From the NCBI GenBank assembly GCA_001949185.1, contig BDGG01000006.1, positions 62,001 through 126,000 on the forward strand: 64,000 nucleotides of DNA, in the 5' to 3' direction. The position numbers were made by a program, and so were the translations under genes. Each line of letters starts with the position of its first letter. Positions within the stretch are counted from its first letter, which is position 1. Positions 16,779 to 41,996 of the stretch are shown here, in pieces. The DNA comes from Ramazzottius varieornatus. Its lineage: Eukaryota; Animalia; Tardigrada. The notes beneath the pieces are model-generated. The model did no database searches and was not told the DNA's origin. It saw only the letters and a program-made list of their open reading frames with translations.

Positions 16779-19700
16779 ATGACCGTGCTATCCCCTGCAC
16801 ATGCTGAACTTTAGACAAATCCTTATTATTCAAGTTACAATGCTGCTGGTCAAGCGATATCGCCTGACCTGGATAAACCAGTATTTTCACATAGAATTGA
16901 TGAAGAAGAACTTTGACTGAAAATGCTATATTAAAGTTGCCATCCCTATGCTAGTACAAAACGTCTTGCAATGGTGCTTGGGTCTTGGGTTCCAGTCGTT
17001 TCTCACAAGAAACAAGGATAGGTGACGCATTTGACGACTGACCGCTGGCGCGAGACCTTGTCGGGCCCAAACCTGGGCTATACTCATGGCAAGTGCTGCA
17101 ATTACGTTACCACCTATGTAGTGGAACGGTCTAACAGTTACTATACATGCGGTAGTAGCGCCATAACGGTCCCGGTTCGAAATCCCGGGATTCCAATATC
17201 CTCCGACCCAGTATTTCCGGCATGCAGTCCCGGTGCCACTATATCTCGGGTAACCCAAATCCCGTGAAATCATAGACAATCCCGTTGACCGAAAATCTCG
17301 GAGGTAGCAAATCCCGATGGCAGCAAACCTGACAGGTACAGAGATTTCGAACCGTCAAGTTTCAAACAACTACGAAACGCCAACAACTGACATAACTCAC
17401 AGTGAGTATATTCAAATGAGGCATAAGGAAATTTTACAAATCTCGGAAGCGAGTCTCCGCAGGAATGTTATTTCCAGGACGGGTGCAGGGATCTCCGGAA
17501 CTTTTCAACCCGAGATACCATGCCGAGTCCGAGTACTGTAAAGCTGCTCCGAGATTTCATCCTCCCGGTTTTTTTGTACAACCCCCGGCATTGGTCGATC
17601 GCGGAATATACGTAACACAGGACTAGGTACACCCGGGATTCGATGCACCAGGGATTTCATCTGCCAGCCACAACATGAACGCTGGCGGCACGTGGAAATA
17701 CGCAGCCCGTCGATCGCGACATGCGGCAGCTCTTCAACCTATTGATCGGATAAATGCCCCAGTGCCGGCCTCGCATTTCAAGCTTACGGAAAATACGGGC
17801 GAAGCCACTCCGGATCGCTTCCAGAGCAGGGAGGTACGGACGTCGATAAAGGGAAGCCGGCATAACAACGTGACAGACATACTGTGGAAGAGTTTATCCA
17901 GTCCCTTCGCTCCTTCCGTCACAGCATTCGCGGATCGTATTCTGCCTCAACTAGTACTGTACATCCGCTTCCTTACTTCCAAGCGTGTCTTAGTTTCCTG
18001 TTGAATCGTACGGTAAGTATGCGCGCACGGTGCCTTATAGAGCACGCATGTTGCAAGATATCTTCAGCGGAAGTAGCCGAATATTGCAAAATGCGTCCCA
18101 ACTAGCCTTCTTCTGCAGTCCTGCGGTTTTTGCTTTGATTATAGCGACAGAGGGTCGACGCTGAATTTCCTGCTGTGCCTGCACACGTGTCGGCAATTAT
18201 AACTATATAATCATAATGTACGAATCATGTATTTCAGCGACTGGTATTCTGTCTCTACTGAAAGTATCCACTTTACGGGATTCAACTGAAGATGCATCAA
18301 TTTGTGCACGAAGAAGGAAGGATTATTTTGTCCAAAGTGGCGCCATCTAGTCTGGTAGGTGTATGGAGTAAAAGTTGATCAATCGACTTTGCGCCGGCAT
18401 AATCATTACCCCCCACTCATTAACTTGAAAGTGAAGTGCCTGCAAAGCGCTAAAACTGTTTTGGTAAAGTACTTGGGTCTTTGCTCGCAGCTGCAAGGCC
18501 AGAGAGTTAGCTTGTGTTATTGAGGGAAGTTTCAGTTAGCATGGGTAACCAGCATGAGGCCTCTAGGGTTCGAGCTTTGATCCCAGACGATGTCGGCTTG
18601 TCTGTTCGTTTGCAAGAATGAGTTGGGAAAGTTAGTCCCCGAGGAGCGTCTAATGGGCTTGCCATCAAGACAAGACCGTATTCAAGGACTCTTGATCGAA
18701 ACGAGTTCGCGGCGAATAGCCCGAGAACTCTAACTTTTAATATGATTGAACAGTGGTAGCAGCTGCTTGTCTTCCATTGGCAGTGGCATTGTTGTCGATA
18801 ATGAAAAACCTTGTAGCTACGATCGTCCGAAGCTGATAGAAAATGTATCTCGGAGGACTGGCTGTCGGCCAGCTGCAACAAAAGCGCAACGATATGCAAG
18901 GCAAACAACTGATTAGAAAAGCAATCACGTAGGCCTCGTTGCATGGTCAATGTCCTCCGCAGGCCGCAGAAATGTACAGAAAGTATTCGTAAGAAGCTGG
19001 CTACGGGTGTTCTTCTTCGTTGCGTTCTGAGCAACAGTAAAAAGAAGCTAGGCTTCAATTTTGGTCAGAAATGAAGAACCCCTTAACCTTGCTGACGGCG
19101 TCGGCAGACGTACCTCACCTTCGCATATTTCATAGTTTCATTGCATCTCAGCGCAACACTTTGTTGTCCAGAGGAAGCGCCCTATAGTACATCTTGGTCT
19201 TGTTTGTCCACGTACTTCGCGTATCCTTCCTTTAATAATTTAGGGCACAGTTCGCAGCCGATCATGAGGCCTTCTCTATAAAAATTAGCGGTTATAGCCT
19301 CATGAGATATCCAGCCCAGTAGAGTATATAAATGATTCTTAATCAAATCCTAACAGCGATACATTTATGTTAAGTAGAAGCATTGTGAAATAAACCCATG
19401 TATAGGTGAGGCTTAGGTTCGCCAGCGTGGCTGCTCTGAAATACTGTAGCCAGTGGAGTGCCAACCGCGCATTTATGATGAGAATTCTCACAGCTGCTAC
19501 CCACGCAGCAGTTATTCATTCGTTGATTCATCATGCTTTACTTTTGCAATAAAAATTTCAGCAGTGAAAGCTAATGCTGAAACCTAAACATCTGCGTGAG
19601 GATTCGACGTTGCCGCACGTTCTAGCGCGTCAGCGTCTGTCATTTCCTAACAGTCTAACATTTACTATCTCCTCGGCTATCGTTCTCTTTCGACTATAGA

Positions 19701-21421
19701 CGAGGCATGGAAGGTTGGTATGCTTGTAAACATGGCTCACTTGCTTTCTCTATATCGTACGTTGTCGCTGAGATCTTTTCCTAAGTGTGTTGGCTTGGCT
19801 ATAGCTCCGAAAATTCCGAGATGACGCTTGCGTGCCGGAACAGATGAGACGACCGTGTGGGCGAAGAAGGAGAAGGAGGAAGTGAAGGAAGGCAACGTCA
19901 CTACTTACTATACATGCATTGGAAAGGAGGCAGCCCAAACGACCTCGCGACTGATGGAGGAGAAACAGAAGTTTGGCCGGAAGAAGTCATAAGTCGTGAA
20001 GAGAGATATTTTAGGATCTATGATGAGAAATTCTTCTGCTGCTCTCGTCCACATCGTGCAGAGCACATTCTGTATGCCGGGTAGACACTGTAGTGTAATA
20101 CTACCGCCTGGGCTTTGATGACGCACACGGTCGCCACTGGGAGGCATCGAGCATCTTCCGCGCGTAATACATGGTCTCCAACGCTAGGAACGGATCTTGC
20201 CCCAACATCTTTTGCTGATGTAGTCCGACGCCATATACAAGGGAAAAGTACCGGACAGAGACCGCTTTGCTTCTCTGGCTGCTTCCGTGTAGCTGCTTGA
20301 TCTGTTGTGGCAGATCTCGAGTGCTGCTGTTGGCAATCTTGCAATTAGGATTGCCTTGTACAGTAAAATGTATCACGTCGCCTACCGTTCACTCTTCATT
20401 ACTCTTTTCGCCGCTTCCTCGCGCTCTCCTCCTTACTTCCGACCTCGCCTTATTAGGATTACTCTGCATAACTAGTAAGTGGATCCTGGATTGTTTTCCA
20501 ATTACGTAGCCTAGATAATACAAAAAGTACCCGAGTCGTGCATATATTTTCCTATTTTAAGTTGTAGTTTAATCGGCACTTTGGTTGCCAGTGTTTTGAA
20601 GAAAGAACTTTGTTCGAGCTTCACGCATGCTTCAGTCTGTTTGCTGGGGTGCTGCTATCCCAGTTTGGACTTTGATCCCATCATAATATAAGTTAGTTCC
20701 GTTTAGATAAGAGAAATCTCAAGCGAATGGAACCATGCTATCAATTCACTGGCTCGACCGTCCGCATAGCCAGTGGGGTCTCTTAGATATAGCATAATTT
20801 AAAACACCCATTCGGTATCGCCTTAATTATGCTATATGTGACTCAATGGCAAAACGGAACGGGTGTTAATTGGGACCGATATGAAAACGTGAGCTAAGTG
20901 GAGGCCGAAATTTCTTGCAAGAGTCATTGCTGAGATAATAGGCTCTTGACTCGATCCTAGCACGAAGGTTCGTGCAGGACCAGAAAAAGTATGGAGTGGT
21001 TGCATGGGAGGGAATGAACGAATTGTTATCGTGTCTGGAGCCGGCTTTCCATAAAGAGTACTCAGGGTGTCATTGCTGGCCGCACTTGTTCTTCTGTGAA
21101 GAGCTCTCGCACACCCATGCGTGGTCATTTCCAAGACTTTCCGCATTGTAAATCGTCACGAAGAGCCTGGTTCAAAGCCTAGAATGCCAGCAGTGTCTTA
21201 AAACGAAATTGTTCACACCGTAGCGTAAAAGCTAGTGACCATCCACACCAATTTCATATCTCGATCTGCTTCATTTAAACAAATAACTTTATCTTCGAGA
21301 GAAGACAGTAATGAAAACAGAAGACTAAGTAAAAATCAACAAATTATCTCATATTCGGCTTTTTTCCAGGTTAGCGCCATCCACTTTTTTGTAGTCTTCG
21401 TGGGGTCTTCCATACCGAAAG

Positions 21422-23700
21422 ATGACTGCAGACGTTGTGGATGTTGGTCAGCCATGTATCACCTGCCCACCGGAAAAATGTGTCGGCGGCTACACACCAC
21501 AAGAATGGAAAAAGACCTGCGCTAATTGCAATTGCCCCAGAATTGGCCATGAAATCTTCATCCAAGGTAGTACTTTCTTCTGCTCATGCAGCAATGCTTG
21601 ACCTCCTGTTTTCCCGAAGCCAACTAAAACAAAACTTCTGACTGACGGACGCCCACGTTTGAATGTAATATGTGGCCCACACTTGGTTCCGCTGTCGTTG
21701 TACGCGCTGTGACGTCAGCACGAGGATGGTGGTGACCAGGTTCACAAGGATGGGAAAATAGTCCAGTAATATTGATATTTCTGTATTAGTCCCGAATTAA
21801 AGGGATTCAGAATCGAGATGTTGTTACTGTGCCGCTATAGAGGCTGAAATAGTGATCTGATGGTAGGTTCACTGGCCGTTAGCGATCGAGTGCCGGTGCC
21901 GCTACCCGATCCCATGCGAATGCTGCAAGGCGCCAAGTCCAAGTATGTTCCTGACAAGTACATCTGGGCGCCGGTTGGCTTGCCCCGGGAAAAGATCGAA
22001 GAGTTCTTCAAGAGTATCCCCGAGGAGAAGCGGCCGATGAAGAACAGCCCCGGTGAAGTCTACTGGCATCAACAGCTGATTCAGCAGTTCCCGCCTCAAG
22101 ACTTCCAGCTGGAGCAATGCCATTTCTTGGATGACCAACAAACCAAGACCTATGAAGAGTTCGCCACCACCCGTAACGAGCACTGTCTGGACCGCGGTTA
22201 TGTCCGCGATATTCTACCGGAAACCAGCACCTGTCGACAGTGCAAGGGCGTCATCCATAAGGGATCGGTGGTGGTGGTGGCGCCCAAGTGCGGCGAAACG
22301 GCTTACTTTCATCCCGGATGCTTTGTCTGTGGAACATGCAATGAACTGCTGTGCGAGCTAGTTTACTGCGTGGGACCTCCCACTGACGAGAACGCTGGTA
22401 AGGATATAGGCTGAAGCTTTGGGGAATGTAAAGTGACGCGTCACTACGGTTTCCTCGTAGGTTCAAAGGTTTTTTGCGAGCGACATTTCGCCGAGCAAGT
22501 CAAGCCGCGGTGTGGAGCGTGCGACGAGCTAATCTTCGCGGGGGAGTACACCCGAGCCATGAACCGCGACTGGCACGCCAATCATTTCTGCTGCACCCAC
22601 TGCATCCAGCCATTAACGGGCAAAAGATACGTTCTGCGTGACGGTAATCCAATTTGTCTTAATTGCTACGAAGGTCATTTTGCCAACCAGTGCTCGGACT
22701 GTGGCAAACCCATCGGCATTGAGGGTCGCGATCTGGCTTACAAGGACCGGCACTGGCACGAGGTACGACGTCGCTCCCACCCGTCCAACTCGGTCCTTGA
22801 CTTCTTACGTGTTTCGCAGTAAATGACACTAACTGTTCTGTCTTGGTAGGCTTGCTTTTTGTGCAGCCTGTGCAAGATGAGCTTAGTCGACAAAGCTTTT
22901 GGCACCAAGGACGACAAAATATACTGCGGAAACTGCTACGACACCTCCTTCGGCCAAAAATGCGATGGCTGCGGCGAGATTTTCAGAGTAAGTCCTTCTT
23001 TTCTGGCGAACACCTAGTTGATCATGCAGAAGGTCGTCTAATTTTGGGACGCGTAGGCTGGGACAAAGAAGCTGGAGTACAAGGGCCGACAATGGCATGA
23101 GCAGTGTTTCGTTTGCATCTCTTGCAAGCATCCTATCGGAACTGGATCCTTTGTGCCTAAAGACAACGAGATTTACTGCGGCCGTTGTTACGAAGAAAAG
23201 TTTGCTTTGCGTTGCACCAAATGCTCAGGTACGTGAACGCGAGGAAAAAAGACGGTTGTGAATATGCAGTCGCCTCTGGCGCCTGTGCTCAAGTTATTTC
23301 GATTTCCATTACACAGTATGATGATGTCCTATCGTCGCCTTGTTTTGCAGAGGTCATCACAACCAACGGCATCACATACAAGAACAATCCGTTCCACAAA
23401 GAATGCTTCCTGTGCAGCAACTGCGACACAGCGTTGGCTGGTCAGAAGTTTACAGTCAAGGAAGACAAGCCTTACTGCGCCAACTGTTACGCCCAGCTTT
23501 TCGCTAAGCGCTGCACGGCCTGCCAGCAACCCATTGTGGGACTGGGTGGTGGTAGCACCAAGTTTATTTCTTTCGAGAACCGCCACTGGCACAACGAGTG
23601 CTTCTTGTGCTCCATGTGCCAACAGTCTCTCGTTGGTAAGGGCTTTATCACCGACGAGGAAAACATCATCTGCCCGGATTGCGCCAAGACAAAATACTAG
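21422..23700 (+). CDS. Lmpt: Limpet / LIM-9 (testin-FHL family): Cys-rich domain + PET domain + 6 LIM domains
   Basis: Exon 21422-21566 encodes MTADVVDVGQPCITC...WKKTCANCNCPR (testin-type Cys-rich region). PET domain KYIWAP...QLIQQFPPQD. Six LIM domains including KPRCGACDELIFAGEYT, RDLAYKDRHWHE and KFISFENRHWHNECF. Confidence 0.92.
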
Positions 23701-24661
23701 GAAGCCCGGTACCATGGCCCAGGAGAGTTATCTGGATATTTTTGTGCCTCATTGTTTCGTTCTTCCTCTTGTATCCATGTCTCAAGAGAAACCTGCGCAT
23801 TTTCGGCTCTGAGGGACGATGAAAAGCCCAGTAGGTCGGGGGGAACGTAACAGAATGTACATGTTCAATTATCATGCGCTCAGTGAGATGTTTTGTAACC
23901 AATGTTTCTGTACTAGTCTGCAGCTTTCAGAGTTTTATACCTAAAACGCAATATCATCAAAACTCTTGTATGTGTCTTTACTGTTTGTGATGGTGGTGAA
24001 CGGTGTTTTTCTTGCATCTTCTTGGCCTAGCCTGTATACAATTTTCTGGTGATGGTCATACTACCGTTTTCTCTTCATCTGATATTTTACTGCTTAAGAT
24101 TACCTATGTAATGCTGAAAACTTTTGTCTAAGTTAGTCAAGGAATAAAAATCCCGAACTCGACTGCGACAATGCTCTGCCGCAAACTGTGAACATGAGGT
24201 TCGACAGAATGACATTGTACCAATGCAAAGTCCGATGCACGCATCGCCTGCAACGGTATTCTGAAGAGGGCACCAACGACGATTCACTGAAGTACGCGCG
24301 ATCAGGCTGTCTACCCACTGCGATCAGTCTTCCAAGTTCGTGCATACTAAATTATCTGCTGAAGTCCTGGACAGTCAGAATTGATAAGCGAAAGCATATT
24401 TGAGCTGGAACACCAATTATGTACGACGAAGCATGAGTCTCAAAGATTACATGTAGACTGTTGTGTACATTAGTCGTTCGTTTACCAAATACAGATAGCA
24501 TATATCGGCAGCAAGCTGATCTTACAAATCTTGGACCCATCGTTTGCGTATCGCGTGTTTCTCGATTTACACCAGAATTTCTGCTGTAATGCAGGTATCC
24601 AGAAAAAGGCAAAGATCAGAGGAAACCTATCTTTTTCTGCGTTGTACGCGAGTTCGACGAA

Positions 24662-27600
24662 ATGGATGCCATTGGGTGTATCATTCTGCCGAGGACACCG
24701 ATAATACCAAAAAGTAAAGCCTTGATCGAGCGACTTGCAAATGAAACTGTGGGACGATTTACTTTCAACGCAACTTCGAAGAACCCGTAAGTCTCGCCTA
24801 TGCGAAAGCTTTTTGGACATCATTTTGTTTCCGATTACATCAAGCGAACACCGGGTTTCAGATCCCTCGAAGGACCGGCGCCATGCTACCTTCTTGGTCG
24901 GCCAGAGTTAGCGTATGTTTACTTCGGTGCGGGCCTACTGACGGCCATCGTGATTGCCCTGATAGTAGACAGTCCTAGCATCTTCCGTTTCTTTGTCGAT
25001 CTCTGTACATGCAAGGATCCCGCCAAAGAGCAAGAGGAAGATGGTGAAAGCGAAGAGTTACTCCAAGCGACAGCTGGGGAGGATAGCACTGACAAAGTTA
25101 AAGCGAACCCAGCTATCGACAACACAGTTCTCAACCGAGTCCGCGAGCTGGAGAGAAAGAAAGCCGGTCAAGCACGCATCTGGGCCTATATCATCGCAGC
25201 AGCTTCGGAGCTGACGCTAACGGGGCAAACATGGGTTCGCCGATGGAAAATATTGTGGAACCCCAGCTCAATCATTAACTTAATTGATTCGTGGCTTTTG
25301 CAGATGCTGCTTGGAGTGGTCAGCAGTGGAGTCAGTCATGCCATTTACCTCTCGCTAGTGTCAAACAAAAGCCGAACAATGGAAGCCTGTGCGACACGAA
25401 ATGACTGGCTTCAGTGGACAGACTTCGCTATGAACATCTTCCTGGCCATTTACTTCCTTGTTCGGGTATCGAGTACTTAGCCTGTCTCAGACCGCCTTTT
25501 TCCCCATTTCACGGAGTAATACTTTCGTCTATGCTTGTTTGCAGGCTGCCGGAAGTGAGCAGAAGTTACGAGTTGTCCTATCGCTGCATTCGTTTGGTGA
25601 CTACTTCAACGTTCCTAATGCTTTGATCAATCCATTCCTCAGCCGGCAATTTACGGGTAAGCTACGTATTTACTACGAGTTGACTGCTTCAATGCTGTGA
25701 CTACTGTGAGGTTTATTGATAAGGGGAAAGTCTGCCAGACCGGAATATCAAACCCCGGTCTTCCACCTTCACTATCTGGGGCCAGCAACAAAATTTGACA
25801 AAAATCCTAACTCTACTGTTTACTCAGGTTTCGGATTCATGAGGTTCTTCAATTATCTTTGGCTAATCGAAATCCTCACCAACACCGGACTACTTCGCTC
25901 AGCCAACAAAATTCGCTTGGTTCAGTTAATACTGAAGGTTCTGGCCTTGATCAGCATAGCCGCCGGCTTTCTCCATCTGGTGAGAAAAGATTGCCTGAAC
26001 AAGTCATCCGTCCGTAAACTTTTGACCTTCATGACATACCACAGGCTGAAAACCTGGGCGACCCTTGGCTGGATGATTTGTACAACGGACAACAAATCAT
26101 GTTCTGGAAATGTTTCTTGTATGTATACGGAAGAGTGACTTTGCTGGATCTCAGCGGCATGAGGTTGCACACCACTTCTGGTCGAGTCATCATATACAGC
26201 TTCCAGCTGCTGGCCCTGGTTTGTCTTCGCTCCTCTTTTGAAGCTACCTATGCTAAATTACTACCCTTTCTAAGCCATCAATCTGAGGGTGGATTTCTTA
26301 GGGAGTCATCGCCAAAGCCCTGCCGGAAATCTTGACACATTTTAAGGTTCAACCGGCTTACGACAAAGGCTACAAAGCCACATCCTCATATTTGTAAGTC
26401 CATCCTCCGCTTTCTCTTATGGATGAGTTTTGGCAATAAAGTAAATGTTTCCGTTACCATTCAGGCATGTGATTGTGACTGGTAACGTGACCTACTACAA
26501 TATGAAGAATATCGTCCAGGAGTTTTATCACGGAGATCGAACCTACGCGCAACATTTCAAGATTGTCATGCTGAGCGAGTACGCATTTTCTGCCCGAGTG
26601 CACACAGCTAGAAGCCGGTTCTTGAAAATAGTGTAACGTCTACCCGTAGTGACCCACCGGATGAAAACATGCAAAGATTGCTGAAGCGCTTCTATACCAA
26701 GCTGGAGTACAAACGCGGAACCGTCATGAAACTCAAGGACCTGGAAAGGATCAAGGTAATGGATGCTGCGGCCACACTGATCCTCTCTAACTCCAACAGT
26801 CTGGACGCCGATGCTGACGATGCCGCCAACATTATGAGAGTCGTCTCAATTAAAAACGTTAAAAGTGACGCCCGGGTTATTGTTCAGTTAAACCATCACC
26901 AGAACAAGGCAAGGAAACCTTTCCCAAAGCGTACCCTATGGGTATCAAATGTCAGGTGTTCTACAGCAACACGATGCTCCAGGCTTACCTGCAAAACATC
27001 CCCAGCTGGTCGCCGTTGACGGGTGACACCATCATTTGTCTGGCCGAACTGCGGCTAGGGCTGCTGGCCCAAAGTTGCATAGCGCCGGGTTTCTCAACTT
27101 TGATGGCCAACCTGTTCACCACACGGACCTACAAGGAAAAGACTAAAGTAACTAAACCGTCGTACATCACTACGCTTAATTGTAAATATAGTCACAAAAA
27201 GATGTTTCAGCATAAGGAAGCGTGGATGGCTGACTACGAACGCGGCACCGCTGTGGAAACTTATTACCGAAAATTCAGTCGCTCCTTCGTTGGTATGACA
27301 TTCGAAGAGGCCTGTCTCTTCTGCTATCAACGTTTCAACCTGGTTCTACTGGCGACGCAGCACGACCCCGAACATTGTCCCTCTGTGCCCCTTGTATTTG
27401 GTGTGGATAGTGGTCATATCAAACCGGACACTGTCGGCTTCTTCATGGCTGATCACAAGAGGCAGGCAGAAAAGTATGTTAATATTTCCTATAGGGGGAA
27501 AACATCCATGAAGTAAACTGATGCATGACAATGGACAACTCATAGGGTGCAGTTTTATTGCCATCACTGCCATACCGATGTTGACGTACCGGCCATAACC

Positions 27601-29217
27601 AAGTGTAGTTGCGAACCGAAAGATGGGGGGGATACAAAAGTCAGCCAGCTACGTAGTTTCCGGCATGGCGACCATCCCCACCATGTACAGGCCCTCGACG
27701 CAATCGACGCCACATCAGTCGAGTCGAAAGTATGGTCCTACATTAGCTCCCACATGCCGGAAAATTCCCGATCTAGTGAGGAACCGGATAACAAGACAGC
27801 CAACGATGATACTGACAGTTTGTCGCTTTCTGCACTGCCGGTAGCACGTTCATCCGGTATTGGCAAGGAGAGGCTCCAGATGGATTCAAGTGGCATGTTC
27901 TACTGGGCACCTGCCATACCGCTGTCGTCAGTCGCGCTGGTAATCTTTTACATATATTCTGCAAACACAAAATTCCTCCGTGCCATGAAGTGAAGGACTT
28001 TGCAGAACCGTCAACAAGCGATTGCAAAGAGCTTCCATAATCACATTATCCTTTGTATACTGACGGAAGTCAACGCCCCGTCCATTGGTGTCGAGAATTT
28101 CATCTTACCTTTGCGGTCCACTAGCATCCCACAGAAGGAACTCAACGACATTGTCATCGTGACAGATCGAGACTATCTGGAAAAAGAATGGAAAAATCTA
28201 AGTCACATACCCGACATCTTCCTCTTGGAGGTTCGTCACGCAGTAGCTGTCTCTCTAGAACCATCATTAACTAAACCAGGTGCACGTAATGCTTCAGGGC
28301 AACGCCATGAATCGCGGCGACCTTCGCGCGGCAAGGTATTAGTACTGTATTCTCCTGCATACTTGATCCGACAATTGAAACGAATGCAGACAATGTTCAT
28401 TGTGCTTACAGTCTGGGCACCTGTAAGATGTGCATCATCGTCGGTGCACCAACCATCAACAAGGATGTATCGAAGCTTGACTCATCCATGCTGGACAGAG
28501 CCGTCGTACTGTCGACACTGAACATCAAAGCAATGTGCTTTTCCCGCGAGGAGCTCGATCTAGCCGCTCGAAGCGCCAGCCGGCAAAGTGGTCGTCAAAT
28601 TTTGTGGAAACACGGCTCAGAAATCCCGCTGATCACCGACTTGGGTGGGTTTGCTCACACCTGTATACTCCTAAAAATAACATACGCTTGCAAGCTAAGA
28701 TTCTCATTTACCATGGGTAGCAAGAGAAAGCAACGCGGTATTTTTGGATGATGACGACGACGATATACCCAAGCGGGAGTTTTACCTGACGCAGCCATAT
28801 GGCGGAGGTCGCGCATTTTCCGCCAGCGTTCTTGATTTACTGATGATCATGGCCTTCTTCAACCCCTTCTTAGTGCAGGTGGTCGAGTCCATGATCTTTG
28901 GAGGTGTCTCTTCCGCCTTACAGCGTGTTATGGCTGAAGGTATTGGTTTGATCGGCGGGCAAGGTATCTCCACCGCGGCCAAAGACACCAAGCAGGTTCG
29001 CGTCGTCCAACTGTGCGTCGAAGATTTTGACCTCAATGGCGGGTTGACCTACGGAGAAATCTTTGTACAAATGCTACAAGAACGTGGAATTATTGTCCTG
29101 GGCATATTCAGGCTGATGGATAGTCGACCCAACCGTCGCTTCGTCATGTGTAAACCTTCACAGGAGACGCCAGTTCGCCAAAGCGACCTGCTAATTGCCC
29201 TCCAACGACCCGCCTGA
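24662..29217 (+). CDS. Divergent Slo/BK-family channel subunit (S0-S6, RCK1, RCK2, Ca bowl) with non-canonical pore signature
   Basis: ENLGDPW, PEIL, HVIVTG, DAANIMRVVSIKN, ICLAELRLGLLAQSCIAPGFSTLMANLF, FYCHHCH, PLRST, and FLDDDDDDIPKREFYLTQPYGGGRAFSASVLD, all collinear with Slo1. The exons examined splice in frame; the start ATG is tentative. Confidence 0.9.
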
Positions 29218-29702
29218 CATAACTAGCCCGCCTCGTACAGTACCTGGGGGCCCATCCTGCTCAGAATGTCCTAACTAATCATCCAGCTGCAGTTTCTCAA
29301 AGCCTTGTCCTGACAGGGAACGATGTCGCCTTTATGGGTTTATTTCTGCAACATAAAAAGCTCTAGATAAATATCACATGCTTGTACATAAATTAAAAAA
29401 GGAACAAGAAGACCAAGTTCAACAGCTTATAACCGGAGTAGAAGACAGCTGAGGTACGAGAGTCAGATGAGCAGCCACCAACAAGAAGGACAGAGTCACC
29501 GGAAGTCGACACCATTACAAAAAACCACAAGTAAAAATGGCATTGAGAATTTGCAGGTGAAATGGCCGTCAGCAAGATGAATCATAATTTAACACAGCAC
29601 GGGACAAACCATGAGGAATTCTTCTGTCAGATCACAAGAGAGCTGCAGGAGAGCCTAGGGAACCTTGCCGCCATTACACAAGATGCGCTGAAGGGATTCT
29701 TC

Positions 29703-41996
<12,294 letters not shown>

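Noticed and set aside
19750-21150. Short ORFs upstream of Limpet, e.g. ...GNVTTYYTCIGKE...
   Set aside because: Possible transposon debris, but there is no diagnostic motif and the frames are interrupted.
29215-29226. Slo stop codon in a TGA-C context (possible readthrough)
   Set aside because: The next in-frame stop follows two codons later, so there is no meaningful extension.
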